This document shows positions 10,524 to 20,655 of a stretch of 64,000 nucleotides of DNA, piece after piece. Origin of the DNA: an uncultured Chloroflexia bacterium. GTDB lineage: Bacteria > Chloroflexota > Limnocylindria > Limnocylindrales > CSP1-4. The position numbers and the translations under genes were made by a program. The notes under the pieces were generated by a model. That model had not been told where the DNA came from. It ran no database searches and worked only from the letters and a program-made list of their open reading frames with translations. The number at the start of each line of letters is the position of its first letter. The stretch's first letter is position 1. The DNA lies in the NCBI GenBank assembly GCA_963778155.1, contig CAVZTK010000021.1, forward strand, positions 351-64,350. The letters are read 5' to 3'.

Positions 10524-11525
10524 TCACGAGATGGCAGATCCGGGAGCACCGTGGACCACCAGCTCGCTCGCCACTGCTCCTCTTGGCTCATGGTGGCGCC
10601 GTCTGTTGATCGGCAGCTCGACGAGACGCCAGGACAGCTCCGCCGCCACGAAGGTCAGCGGAACAGCGAGTGGCCCGAGGAGGATGGCCAATGGCCAGTT
10701 CCAGAGGTACAGGCCATAGGCGCGCTTGCCGATCGGTGCGAGGACGCCAAGCCTCCGCGAGCCCGAGCAGACGACCGCCGCGGCGGCGAGGATGACAAGC
10801 GGGATCGCGATGTCGTGCGGTAGGTCCAGGCACGCGAGGATCAGGATGGCGCCGACCCCGATCCCGCTGCTCCATGTCGGGAGCCGGACCCTGGCGATGG
10901 CCAGAACGCAGCCCACAAGGACCGCGTCTCCACGGGTGAACGTGGAGAAATATTCGAACGTCCCGGTGGCCGGGATGCGGATGAGGGTGATGAAAACGAT
11001 GAGCACCGCAGCGACGATGCCGGCTCGCCGGGCGCCCACGAGGATGAGGAAGGCTGGCCACAGAAGGTAGAACTGCTCCTCGATCGACAGGCTCCACGTG
11101 TGCCCGAGCAGGCCCACCGAGGTGCCGGTCACTTGGACCCAGTTCGATACGTAGAAGAGTGATGCCCCGATGCTAAGGCCGATGGTCGGCCACCCGCCGA
11201 TGATGTCGATCGCAAAGACGAAGACCAGGAGGACCAACAGGGCGGGGCCAAGACGGCGCACGCGGCGACCGTAGAAGGCCCGGAGGTCGATGCGTCCGGC
11301 CCGTTCGCGCTCGGCGAGCAGCAGTCCGGTGATGAGCCATCCGGATAGCACGAAGAAGACAGTGACGCCGACGTCGCCTCCGTTGAACGTGAACGGCAAT
11401 CGCGCGTGGCCCAGGATGACGAGACCGACAGCGATAGCTCGGAGCCCGTCGAGATCGGGGCGATATGCCAGGCTCGGCGAGGTATCCGTCGATGCCGTAA
11501 GCGGGAGAGACGGCGAGCCACTCAC
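10524..11525 (-). CDS. Acyltransferase family 3 (membrane O-acyl/O-acetyltransferase)
   Basis: C-terminal 333 codons of track ORF 10524..12041, starting at GTG 11525. Motifs: YRPDLDGLRAIAVGLVILGHA, VGVTVFFVLSGWLITGLL, LGHTWSLSIEEQFYLLWP. The upstream part of the ORF is Arg/Gly-rich and looks non-coding. Confidence 0.8.
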   Translation of the reverse strand: MSGSPSLPLTASTDTSPSLAYRPDLDGLRAIAVGLVILGHARLPFTFNGGDVGVTVFFVLSGWLITGLLLAERERAGRIDLRAFYGRRVRRLGPALLVLLVFVFAIDIIGGWPTIGLSIGASLFYVSNWVQVTGTSVGLLGHTWSLSIEEQFYLLWPAFLILVGARRAGIVAAVLIVFITLIRIPATGTFEYFSTFTRGDAVLVGCVLAIARVRLPTWSSGIGVGAILILACLDLPHDIAIPLVILAAAAVVCSGSRRLGVLAPIGKRAYGLYLWNWPLAILLGPLAVPLTFVAAELSWRLVELPINRRRHHEPRGAVASELVVHGAPGSAIS

Positions 11526-11601
11526 AGTGTCCCGCCGCCAGAACACGCGAGCAACGTATCGATGCGTGGTCCCATCGGGCGGCAGCCTACCATCGAGCAT
11601 G

Positions 11602-11615
11602 CGCGACCGGTCGCG
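11602..11615. promoter_or_regulatory. Perfect 14-bp palindrome CGCGACCGGTCGCG in the divergent intergenic region; candidate operator
   Basis: Read directly. It lies between the acyltransferase start (11525, minus) and the GNAT start (11700/11706, plus). Confidence 0.3.
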
Positions 11616-11693
11616 ACCCGACGGTCCGGTCTGCGCGCCCTGGAGGTCCGGGGATGGACTCGGTTGTCGGCGCAACGAAACCCGGGTCCGATG

Positions 11694-11699
11694 TAGGAT
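11694..11699 (+). promoter_or_regulatory. Putative -10 hexamer TAGGAT, 6 nt upstream of GTG 11706 (leaderless-type)
   Basis: TGTAGGAT ttggcc GTG read directly, with no SD. Confidence 0.35.
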
Positions 11700-12903
11700 T
11701 TGGCCGTGACCCCATTGACGCTCGACGCGGAGCCTGCCTGTCCGGGCCCCCTCGAGACGACGTCCCCCCCGACCTCGGCCGCCCGCCTGCGCGTCACGCG
11801 AGCGGCGGTGGCGGACATCCCGCGCGAGACCTGGGACGCACTGGCCGCCCGCAGCGCGTGGGCGACGCCCTTCTCCGGCTGGGCCTTCCAGCGCGCCTGG
11901 TGGGACGCGTACGGCGCCAACGCCCACGAGGACACCCTGGTCGTCCTGCCCGCCGCTGACGCGCCGGACGCCGCACCGGTCGCGATCGTGCCGCTGATGC
12001 ACCGCCACGAGGTCGAGCCGGCGGACGCCCTCGACCCACACGCGGATGCGCCACGGCGCGGATCTCGAGCTGACGCCCGTGCCGGCGACCTCGACCGCCG
12101 TGCTTCTTCGGCGCCTCGTACCACGCCGACTACGCCACGATCCTGGCTGCCCCGGACGACCTGCCGGCCGTCAGCGACGCGGTCGCCGCCTACCTCGCCG
12201 AACCGGGCGCCGAGCATCCGTGGGACGTCGTCGACCTGCGCCGGCTGCGCTGCGGCGACCCGGCGGCGGACGCGCTGGCCGCGGCCTTCGGGGCGCGCGA
12301 GATGGCCGAGGGCTGGATCCTCAACGTCGACCGCGAGGACGTCTGCCCGGTCGTGACGCTCCCCGCCGGCGCGGACCTCGACGGATACCTGGCGACCCTC
12401 GACAAGAAGCAACGTCACGAGATCCGGCGCAAGATGCGCCGCGCCGAGGCGGTCGGCGAGGTCCGGCTCGACGATGCCGATCCACCCGCTCGACGAGGTC
12501 GAGTCCTTCATCGACCTCCACCAGAAGAAATGGGGCGGTGACGGCCTCTTCCCCGACACGCCCGGCGGTGCCCAGAGCCGCGTCATCGTTCCGGCGACTG
12601 TTCGAGCTGCACGGCGACGACGGGCCTCTCCGCCTGACGTTCCTGTCGGTCGGTGGACGGCGGATCGCCGCCGGGATCCACTTCGAGACACCGGACGCCT
12701 TCCTCTTCTACAACATGGGCGTCGATCCGGACGCACGCGACCTGTCGCCCGGGATCCTGCTCATCGGGTCGGTGGTCCAGCGTGCCCTGGCGGCCGGTGT
12801 CCGGCGGCTCGACTTCCTGCGCGGCAACGAGCCCTACAAGTACGAGTGGGGCGCCGTCGACGAGCCGATCCAGCGGCTGCTGGTCCGGCGGAGGAACGGC
12901 TGA
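11700..12903 (+). pseudogene. CelD/BioF2-like GNAT acetyltransferase (Acetyltransf_6-type), several frame disruptions
   Basis: Segments lie in three frames. They include PFSGWAFQRAWWDAYGANAHEDTLVVL (ORF 11700..12356) and MAEGWILNVDREDVCPVVTLPAGADLDGYLATLDKKQRHEIRRKMRRAEAVGEVRL (ORF 12302..12541). Also FIDLHQKKWGGDGLFPD and LRLTFLSVGGRRIAAGIHFE...RRLDFLRGNEPYKYEWGA (ORF 12046..12903). Confidence 0.7.
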
Positions 12904-12904
12904 C

Positions 12905-14111
12905 GTGAGCGCGCCGATGCCGTGGGACCCGTGCCTCACCCCGCTCGAACGTCCCGACCTGCCCGGCGGACGACGGATCCGGGTCGTCGAGGTCCTCGCG
13001 ACCGGGACGAACGGCGGCGCGCAGGAGCATCTCTTCGCTGCTCGTGACGCGGATGGACCCGGCCCGCTACGACGTGTCGGTCGTCTCCCTGTCGGCGGGC
13101 AGCGCGGTCCGCAAGCTCCAGCGCGCCGGTGTCGCGGTCCTGGTCATCGACGACCCCGATGACGCGATCGCGGTCGGCGCCCTGGCCGCCCACCTCGCCG
13201 AGGTCCGGCCGGACGTCGTCCACGCCCACATGTACCGCGCCGAGACGGTCGCGGCGCGCGCGGTCCTCGCGCTCGGCGAGGCCGGCCAGCGACGGCCGTT
13301 CCTCGTCGGCACGGCCCACTCGAGCCGCGTCCGGTCCGAGGCGGACCGCGCGGCCCTGCTCGCGCTGACGCCGTCGTTCGATCGCCTCATCGCGGTCTCC
13401 AGGGCGAGCGAGCAGAAGCTGATCGAGGAGGGGCGGGCGACGGTGCCGGTCAGCCTCATCTACAACGGCGTCGACCTCCAGCGCTACGACCACCAGGAGC
13501 CGTGCTGCACGCTCCCGGAGGAGTACGGGATGGAGGCCGGATCGCAGATCGTCGGCGTCGTGGCGCGGCTCGAGCCGGAGAAGGGCCACCCGACGCTGCT
13601 CGAGGCCTGGCCCGCCGTGCTCCGCGCGGTGCCGGACGCCTATCTCCTGATCGTCGGCGAGGGGAGCCGGCGCGACACGCTCGAGGCCCAGGCGCGCCAG
13701 CTGCGGATCGCCCATCGGGTCGTGTTCACCGGCCGGCGCGACGACGTCCCCGCGGTGACGGCCGCGCTCGACGTGGCGGTCCTGCCGTCCTACCGCGAGG
13801 CGCAGGGGCTGACCGTCCTCGAGGCGATGGCGCTGTCACGCCCGGTCGTCGCCTCGAACGTGGGCGGGATCCCGGAGATGGTCGAGGACGGCGTCACCGG
13901 CCTGCTGGTCCCGCCACACGACGCCGAAGGCCTGTCGGCCGCCATCGTCCGGCTGCTGACCGATCACCCCTTCGCGGACATGCTCGGCCGGGCGGGCCAC
14001 GACCTGGTCCACGACCGGTTCTGCATCGAGCAGATGGTCGCCGCGGTCGAGTCGATCTACGACGAGGGCGCCCGCATCGTCCGACCATCCGGGGTCGCCG
14101 CCGCCGGCTGA
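12905..14111 (+). CDS. GT4 (GT-B fold) glycosyltransferase, one frame break near 13033
   Basis: Track ORF 13044..14111 contains GVVARLEPEKGHPTLLEAW, LLIVGEGSRRDTLEAQA and LPSYREAQGLTVLEAMALSRPVVASNVGGIPEMVEDGVTGLLV (EX7E motif). The N-terminal RIRVVEVLATGTNGGAQEHL is in the frame of ORF 12653..13162, starting at GTG 12905. Confidence 0.8.
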
Positions 14112-14155
14112 CCACCGGGACTATCGACCCGGTGCCCCGGCGCACCGCGGGGCGC

Positions 14156-14161
14156 TAGCAT
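14156..14161 (+). promoter_or_regulatory. Putative -10 hexamer TAGCAT, 8 nt upstream of ATG 14170
   Basis: TAGCAT ccgccccg ATG read directly, with no SD. Confidence 0.3.
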
Positions 14162-14169
14162 CCGCCCCG

Positions 14170-15594
14170 ATGAGCCTGCCGAGATTCTGGGCGTTCCTGG
14201 CGGTCGCCCTGCCCGTCGTCGCGGCGCTCGTCGCCAGCCTGTCGACGGTCGACCTCACCTACCAGCTCCGGGCCGGCGCCGAGATCCTCGCGAGCTCGAC
14301 CATCCCGCGCGCCGACAGCTGGACGTACACGGTCGCCGGGCAACCGTGGTTCGACCAGCAATGGGGCGCCCAGGTGCTCCTCTCGGCGGTCTACCAGGCC
14401 GGCGGCTGGACCGCGCTGGCGCTCCTTCGCGCCGGCCTCGTCGGGGCCATCGTCGGCTGCCTGTTCGTCGTCGGCCGCACGGCCGGGCTCACGAACCGGG
14501 GTGCCGGCCTGCTGACCATCGGCGCCTTCCTGATCGCCGCGCCCGCGCTGGCGCTTCGACCGCAGCTGTTCGGGATGGTCCTCTTCGCGCTGGTCCTGCT
14601 CCTGCTCGCGGGTCGGCGGGACCATCCGCTCCGGTGCTGGGCGATCCCGCTCATCGTCCTCGTCTGGGCGAACCTGCACGGCAGCTTCTTCCTCGGTCCG
14701 CTCGTCGTCGGGCTGACCTGGATCGCCGACGTCCGCGACGGGGCGCCGCAGCCGCACAGGATGTTGCTGATCGCGGTCGCGTCGGCTGTCGCGGCCTGCG
14801 TCACGCCGTTCGGGCCCGCGGTCTGGGCATACGCCGCGAGCCTGTCGGTCGATCCGTTCGTGACCCAGCGCATCACCGAGTGGCAGCGGACGTCGCTGGC
14901 CGACCCGGCGGGCGTCCTGTTCGCCGTGTCGGCGGCCGCCGTCGTCGGGCTGCTCGTCGCGCGCCGGGCCGCGGTGCCGGCTCCCGATGCTCCTGTGGCT
15001 CGTCGTCTTCGCGGCGATCGGTCTGTATGCCATCCGCGGCGTCGCCTGGTGGGGGCTCGCCCTGGTGCCCGTCGTCGCGGCGCTCGTCGCCGCCGGGGAG
15101 CCATCGGGCCGGCGCGTCGCCGTGGGCACCCGCGCGATGCAGCGGCTCAACCTCGTCCTCGCCGCGCTCCTGGTCGTCGTCGGGGTCGCGTTCGTCCCGA
15201 TCTGGCGGCCGGTCGATCCCGCGACCGGGGCACCGGTCGGTCTGCTGACCGACGCCCCGCCCGGGATCACGGCGGCGGTGCGAGCCTCCTCGCGACCGGG
15301 CGACCACCTGTTCGCCCCGCAGCCATGGGGCTCGTGGTTCGAATTCGCGACGCCCGCAGCTGCCGGTCGCGGTCGATTCGCGGGTCGAGCTCTTCCCGGC
15401 CGCCGTCTGGGCCGACTACGACACCGTGATCAGCGGCCACGGTGACTGGCAGGAGGTCCTGCGCGCGCTGGGACGTGTGGGCCGTCGTCGTCGCCGCGGA
15501 CGACGGCGAGCTCAGGACCCGGCTGGTCGGCGTCGGCTGGCGTCCGATCTACGTCGGCGTCGAGGGTTCGGTCCTGCTCACGCCCTTGCGCTAA
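14170..15594 (+). pseudogene. Polytopic membrane protein of the glycan cluster (possible GT-C-like enzyme, family not recognised), three frame shifts
   Basis: Frames run ORF 14170..15429, then ORF 14987..15445, then the frame of ORF 15426, then the last frame ending at TAA 15592-15594. TM-rich segments include LFALVLLLLAGRRDHPLRCWAIPLIVLVWANLHGSFFLGPLVVGL, ITEWQRTSL and LLWLVVFAAIGLYAIRGVAWWGLALVPVVAAL. The C-terminus reads DYDTVISGHGDWQEVL...WRPIYVGVEGSVLLTPLR. Confidence 0.55.
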
Positions 15595-15655
15595 GCGCCG
15601 GCCTGTCCGCAGGTCGACGACCCGCGGAAGTGGGTGGCGTCAGGCACCGGGCTGG

Positions 15656-15661
15656 TAGAGT
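15656..15661 (+). promoter_or_regulatory. Putative extended -10 TGGTAGAGT, 7 nt upstream of GTG 15669 (leaderless-type)
   Basis: TGGTAGAGT cgtccgc GTG read directly. Confidence 0.35.
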
Positions 15662-15668
15662 CGTCCGC

Positions 15669-16878
15669 GTGAACCAACCACCCACGGATCTCGATGTCGT
15701 CGTCCTCGGCGGCGGCGGTCACGTCGGCCTGCCCCTGAGCCTCGCCTTCGCCCAGGCCGGGCTGCGGGTCGGCATCTACGACTCCAACCAGGCGACGCTC
15801 GACCGGATCGCCGCCGGCGAGATGCCGTTCATGGAGAACGGCGCCGACGAGCTCCTTCGCGAGGTCCTCGCGACCGGCCGCCTGGCGTTCGGCGCCGACG
15901 GCTCGATGATCGCCCGGACCGACCAGCTGGTCGTCGTCATCGGCACCCCGGTCGACGAGTTCCTCGGCCCGTCGATGACGATCTTCGAGAAGGCCGTCGA
16001 CCAGATCGCGCCGCACCTCCGTGACGGGGCGCTCGTCGCCCTGCGCAGCACGGTCTACCCGGGCACGACCGGCTACGTCGCCCTGCACCTCGCCGAGCGC
16101 GGCTGCCGGGTCGACGTGGCGTTCTGTCCGGAGCGGATCGCCGAGGGCCATGCCCTCGAGGAGCTCCATACGCTGCCGCAGATCATCGGCGCCGACGACG
16201 ACCGGGCGGCCGAGCGGGCGACCGCGCTGTTCGGGACGCTGGCCGGGAAGACGATCCGGACGACGACCAAGGAAGCCGAGCTCACCAAGCTCTTCACCAA
16301 CACCTGGCGCTACATGAAGTTCGCCGTCGCGAACCAGTTCTTCACCATCGCCCACTCGGCCGGCGTCGACTACAACGAACGTGCTGCGGGCGATCCGCGA
16401 GGACTACCCGCGGGCCGCGCGACCTGCCGGGCCCGGGCTTCGCGGCCGGCCCGTGCCTGTTCAAGGACACGATGCAGCTGTCGGCGTTCACGGCCGACCA
16501 CTTCCCGCTCGGCCAGGCCGCGATGCAGGTCAACGAGGGCCTGCCGGCCTACATCGTCTCCGCGCTCGAGCGCCGCTACGACGGGCTGCCACGGCAAGAC
16601 CGTCGGGATCCTCGGGATGGCGTTCAAGTCCGAATCGGACGATCCCCGTGCGTCGCTCAGCTACAAGCTGCGCAAGCTGCTGTCGTGGGCCGGGGCGCGC
16701 GTCCTGGCGACCGACCCGTACGTGGAGGATGAGCGCCTGGCGACCCTCGACTGCGTGGTCCAGGAGAGCGACATCCTGATCCTCGGAGCGCCCCACAAGG
16801 CGCTACCGCAGCCTGGACGTCGGCGGCAAGGACGTGGTCGACGTGTGGGGGGCCCTCGGCGAGGGGATCAGGCTGTAG
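15669..16878 (+). pseudogene. UDP-glucose/GDP-mannose dehydrogenase-family nucleotide-sugar dehydrogenase, four frame shifts
   Basis: VNQPPTDLDVVVLGGGGHVGLPLSLAFAQAGLRVGIYD...VAFCPERIAEGHALEEL...KEAELTKLFTNTWRYMKFAVANQF lies in the frame of ORF 15426. Then come LRAIREDYPRAA and GPCLFKDTMQLSAFTADHFPLGQAAMQVNEGLPAYIV (ORF 16472..16732). Then GKTVGILGMAFKSESDDPRASLSYKL. The stop is TAG 16876-16878. Confidence 0.8.
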
Positions 16879-17904
16879 TGCGGATCCTCGTCACCGGCGC
16901 CGCCGGGTTCATCAACGGCTACCTCGTGCCCGAGCTGCTCGAGGCGGGCCACGAGGTCATCGGGCTCGACGACTTCAGCAAGTACGGGCGGCTGGTCAAG
17001 TCGTACGACGGCCACGCCCGCTACCGGTTCGTCGAGGGCGACGCCAAGGACGCCGGCGCTCATCGCCGAGCTCGCCGCCGACTGCGACCAGGTCGTCGCC
17101 GCGGCCGCCATGATCGGCGGGATCAGCTACTTCCACGAGTTCGCCTACGACCTGCTGGCCGAGAACGAGCGGATCCTCGCCTCGACCTTCGACGGCGCGA
17201 TCAGCGGCCCACCGCGACGGGCATCTCGAGCGGATCGTCGTCGTCAGCAGCTCGATGGTCTACGAGTCCGCGACCGTCTTCCCGACACCCGAGGGCGCCC
17301 AGCTGACCTCGCCGCCGCCGATCTCGACCTACGGCTTCCAGAAGCTCGCCTCGGAGTACTTCGCCAAGGGCGCCTGGGAGCAGTACCAGCTGCCGTACAC
17401 GATCGTCCGGCCGTTCAACTGCGTCGGGATCGGCGAGCGCCGGGCGCTGCGCGACTCGGACATCATGAGCGGCAACGTGAAGCTGGCCCTCAGCCACGTC
17501 GTGCCCGGACCTCGTCCACAAGGTGCTCAAGGGCCAGGACCCGCTCCACATCCTCGGGCGACGGCGACCAGGTCCGCCACTACACCTACGGCGGCGACCT
17601 GGCCCACGGCATCCGGCTCGCGATGGAATCGCCGGCCGCGGTCAACGACGACTTCAACCTCTCGACCGCGGCGTCGACCACGGTCCTCGAGCTGGCCGAG
17701 GCGATCTGGCACAAGATCCACACGGACGGCCGGCCGTTCCGCTACGTCAGCGACGCCCCGTTCGAGCACGACGTCCAGCTCCGCGTGCCCGACGTCCGCA
17801 AGGCGCGGGCGGTGCTCGGCTTCGAGGCGACGACGACCCTCGACCAGATGCTCGACGAGGTCATCCCGTGGATCCGGGCGGAATCGGAGGCCGGCCGCCT
17901 GTGA
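16878..17904 (+). pseudogene. NAD-dependent epimerase/dehydratase (extended SDR), four frame shifts
   Basis: GTG 16878 overlaps the previous TAG by 1 nt. Segments: VRILVTGAAGFINGYLVPELLEAGHEVIGLDDFSKYG; MIGGISYFHEFAYDLLAENERIL (ORF 17110); SSSMVYESATVFPTPEGAQLTSPPPISTYGFQKLASEYF (ORF 17255); DGDQVRHYTYGGDLAHG...RVPDVRKARAVLGFEATTTLDQML (ORF 17110 frame). Confidence 0.75.
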
Positions 17905-18560
17905 CGAATTCGCTCCATCGCCTCTATCGCGCACGATTCAACGAGCGGGAGGTCAGCGCCAACGATGGAGTCTGGCGCGAGATCTGCCGATATCTCGCTC
18001 GATTCATCGACCCCGGAGCGCCGGTCCTCGACATCGGCTGCGGCGAGGGACACTTCATCCGGCGGGTCGAGGGGTCTGAGCGATGGGCCACGGATCTACG
18101 CGACATGCGTGACGCCCTGCCGTCCGATATCCGTTTCGTGGAGTCCTCCGGGCTCGACCTCGCAGAGGTGATCCCCGCCGGCCATTTCGGCACCGTCTTC
18201 ATGAGCAACTACCTCGAGCACCTCGAGTCGAGCGCCGCGGTGATCGACCAGCTCCGGATCGCGGCCGAGCTGCTCCGTCCTGGCGGTCGAGTCATCATCC
18301 TGCAGCCCAACATCCGACTCGTGGGCGCCCGCTACTGGGACTTCATCGATCATCGGATGGCCCTGACGGAACGAAGCCTTCTCGAGGCAGCCGAGCTGGC
18401 GGGGCTGGCCACCGACACGCTGATCACCAGGTTCCTGCCGTACTCGACCAAGGGCAGGCTGCCGACCGCTCCGGCCCTGGTCCGGGCCTACCTGGCATTC
18501 CGGCCGGCCTGGTGGTTGATGGGCAAGCAGACGCTCTACGTCGGTGAGCGCCTCGATTGA
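17901..18560 (+). CDS. Class I SAM-dependent methyltransferase (intact)
   Basis: In-frame GTG 17901 in track ORF 17523..18560 forms a GTGA overlap. Motif I is VLDIGCGEGHF. Also FGTVFMSNYLEHLES and LRPGGRVIILQPN. Confidence 0.75.
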   Translation: MTNSLHRLYRARFNEREVSANDGVWREICRYLARFIDPGAPVLDIGCGEGHFIRRVEGSERWATDLRDMRDALPSDIRFVESSGLDLAEVIPAGHFGTVFMSNYLEHLESSAAVIDQLRIAAELLRPGGRVIILQPNIRLVGARYWDFIDHRMALTERSLLEAAELAGLATDTLITRFLPYSTKGRLPTAPALVRAYLAFRPAWWLMGKQTLYVGERLD

Positions 18561-19298
18561 CTGACCCGCCGGAGCTGTCGATCATCCTGCCCGTCTTCAA
18601 CGAGGGCGAGGCGGTCGAGCCCGTTCTGCGTGCGCTGATCGGCGGGCGTCGGCACCGCGCACGAGTTGGTCGTCGTCTTCGACTTCGACGAGGACACGAC
18701 GGTGCCGGTCGTCGCGCGCCTTGCCGACGAGATCCCGGGCCTGCGCGGTCTGCGCAACGACCTTGGCCGAGGCGTGCTCAACGCGATGAAGGCGGGGATC
18801 GCCGGGTCGACCGGCAGGTACGTCCTGATCTCGATGGCGGACGGTTCGGACGAGCCGCGTGTCGTGGATCCGATGGTCGCGCTCGCGCGCGAGGGCGCCG
18901 ACGTCGTCGCGGCGTCGCGCTACATGCGCGGCGGGCATCAGGTCGGCGGGCCGCCGCTGAAGCGGCTGATGAGCCGGACCGCCGGGCTGACGCTGCACTG
19001 GTTCGCCGGCGTCCCGACCCACGATCCGACGAACAACTTCAAGCTGTACTCCCGGCGCTTCCTGGACTCGGTCACCATCGAGAGCACCGCCGGGTTCGAG
19101 CTCGCGCTGGAGCTCACCGTCAAGGCGACGATCGCCCGACGCCGAGTCGCCGAGGTCCCGACGACCTGGCGCGACCGGACCGCCGGCCAGAGCAACTTCA
19201 AGATGCGGAAATGGCTGCCGCACTACCTGCACTGGTACGCGATCGCATTCCGCGGCAGGCTGTCGGCCATCGCTCGACGGCGGCCGGCGCAGCGCTAG
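18557..19298 (+). CDS. GT2 polyprenyl-phosphate mannose/sugar synthase (DPM1/Ppm1-like), one frame break near 18645
   Basis: TTG 18557 forms a TTGA overlap. The N-terminus ELSIILPVFNEGEAVEPVL is in ORF 18557..19345. The rest is ORF 18666..19298 (VVVFDFDEDTTVPVV, VLISMADGSDEP, VPTHDPTNNFKLYSRRFL, GFELALELTVKA, WRDRTAGQSNFKM). Confidence 0.75.
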
Positions 19299-19341
19299 CT
19301 TTGCCGCGCCGGGAAGCGATGCGGGCCGGACCCCGGCCCGA

Positions 19342-20655
19342 CTAGAGCCCGCCGGCCTCGAGTGCCGGCGCCACCGGCCGCGTCAGGCTTGGCACCTCGC
19401 CCTTCGACCCTGCCAGCCACGCGAACGCGACACAGGTGATCACGAGCATCGCCACGGATCCGACGAGGCCCAACGGGCCGTCGATCGGGAGCCGCTCGCC
19501 CATCGTCGGGGACAGCGGGATCGCGGCGAGCAGGTCGAGCGTGAAGACGAACCCGATGACGACTGCCAGCAGGCGATAGCGGCTGTCCGGGACAAGCAGG
19601 ATGAGGAAGATGACCGCCCCGTATGCGTAGCGCTCGTGCATCTCCGTCAGGAAGCAGAACGCGACCAGCGTCGCGACCGCGAGCGTCAGGGCGAGCGTGC
19701 GGGGGCGCGGGTCGCGGAGGATGGCCGCTGCGGCCACGAGCGACAGCACGATCGTCAGGCCATACCCGAGGGCGCGACCGGTGAACGGGCCGAGCACCGC
19801 CGTCTGATCGCTGACGAACTGGCCGCCCGCCAGCCAATCCTGGACGATCCACCACAGGTTCCAGGCACGCAGCGACAGGAGCGGGAACGCTTCCTGTTGA
19901 TAGAAAGCCAGGTTGTGCAGGTAGTTGACGGGTCCGCCGGCCGACATGAAAGGCAGCCACAGGACGATGGTCGTCGCCAGCCCGATCGCGCCGCACTTGA
20001 CGACCTCCATGGGCCCGCCGCGGACCCAGAACCAGGCCGCGAACGGCAGCACGAAGGGCAGCGCCTGGGGCTTGGTCATCAGCGCCGCGGCGATCAGCAC
20101 CGCGGCCCATCGATCGTGCCCCTCGTAGACGAGGACGACCGCCGCCAGCGCCAACAGGAGGTAGATCGACTCGTATTGACCGTAGAAGATGCTGACGTCG
20201 AGGATCGCCGGATGGAGCAGGATCGCTGCGGCGGCGACGATCGCCCAGCGCGGTCGGTCGCGGAGCGCGTATGCCGCGAGAAGGGCGATGCCGACATCGG
20301 CGATCGACGCCGGCGTGCGCATCAGTGCCCGGATCATCGGATCCGACGCGTCGGTCACGGTCCGGAACGCGGGATCGATCGCGGCGAGGAGACCCCAGAT
20401 GTAGGCCATCACGGGACCGAAGGTCAGCGGTTGGTCATACGCCCGAGGGAGTCCGTTGATGGCGATGCCGTGGACCCAGGCCGTGAATTGGTCGATGTCG
20501 CCGCGATAGCCCTCGCTCGGGAGCGTGACGATCCGGATCGCGACCCCGGCCAGGACGACACCGGCGAGGACGAGCAGTTCGCCGCGCGACCAATGTCGGG
20601 ACGGGGCAGCCGGGCCGGCGTCGATGGCCATCTCGTCGGGCGTGGATGGCCGCAT
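19342..20655 (-). CDS. GT-C fold membrane glycosyltransferase (DUF2029/Gpi18-like), intact 437 aa
   Basis: ATG 20655 lies inside track ORF 19342..21699; the upstream part of that ORF is off-frame junk. Sequence features: MRPSTPDEM...GYRGDIDQFTAWVHGIAINGL, FYGQYESIYLLLALAAVVLV, AAALMTKPQALPF, FLTEMHERYAY. TGATG junction with the upstream gene. Confidence 0.65.
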   Translation of the reverse strand: MRPSTPDEMAIDAGPAAPSRHWSRGELLVLAGVVLAGVAIRIVTLPSEGYRGDIDQFTAWVHGIAINGLPRAYDQPLTFGPVMAYIWGLLAAIDPAFRTVTDASDPMIRALMRTPASIADVGIALLAAYALRDRPRWAIVAAAAILLHPAILDVSIFYGQYESIYLLLALAAVVLVYEGHDRWAAVLIAAALMTKPQALPFVLPFAAWFWVRGGPMEVVKCGAIGLATTIVLWLPFMSAGGPVNYLHNLAFYQQEAFPLLSLRAWNLWWIVQDWLAGGQFVSDQTAVLGPFTGRALGYGLTIVLSLVAAAAILRDPRPRTLALTLAVATLVAFCFLTEMHERYAYGAVIFLILLVPDSRYRLLAVVIGFVFTLDLLAAIPLSPTMGERLPIDGPLGLVGSVAMLVITCVAFAWLAGSKGEVPSLTRPVAPALEAGGL

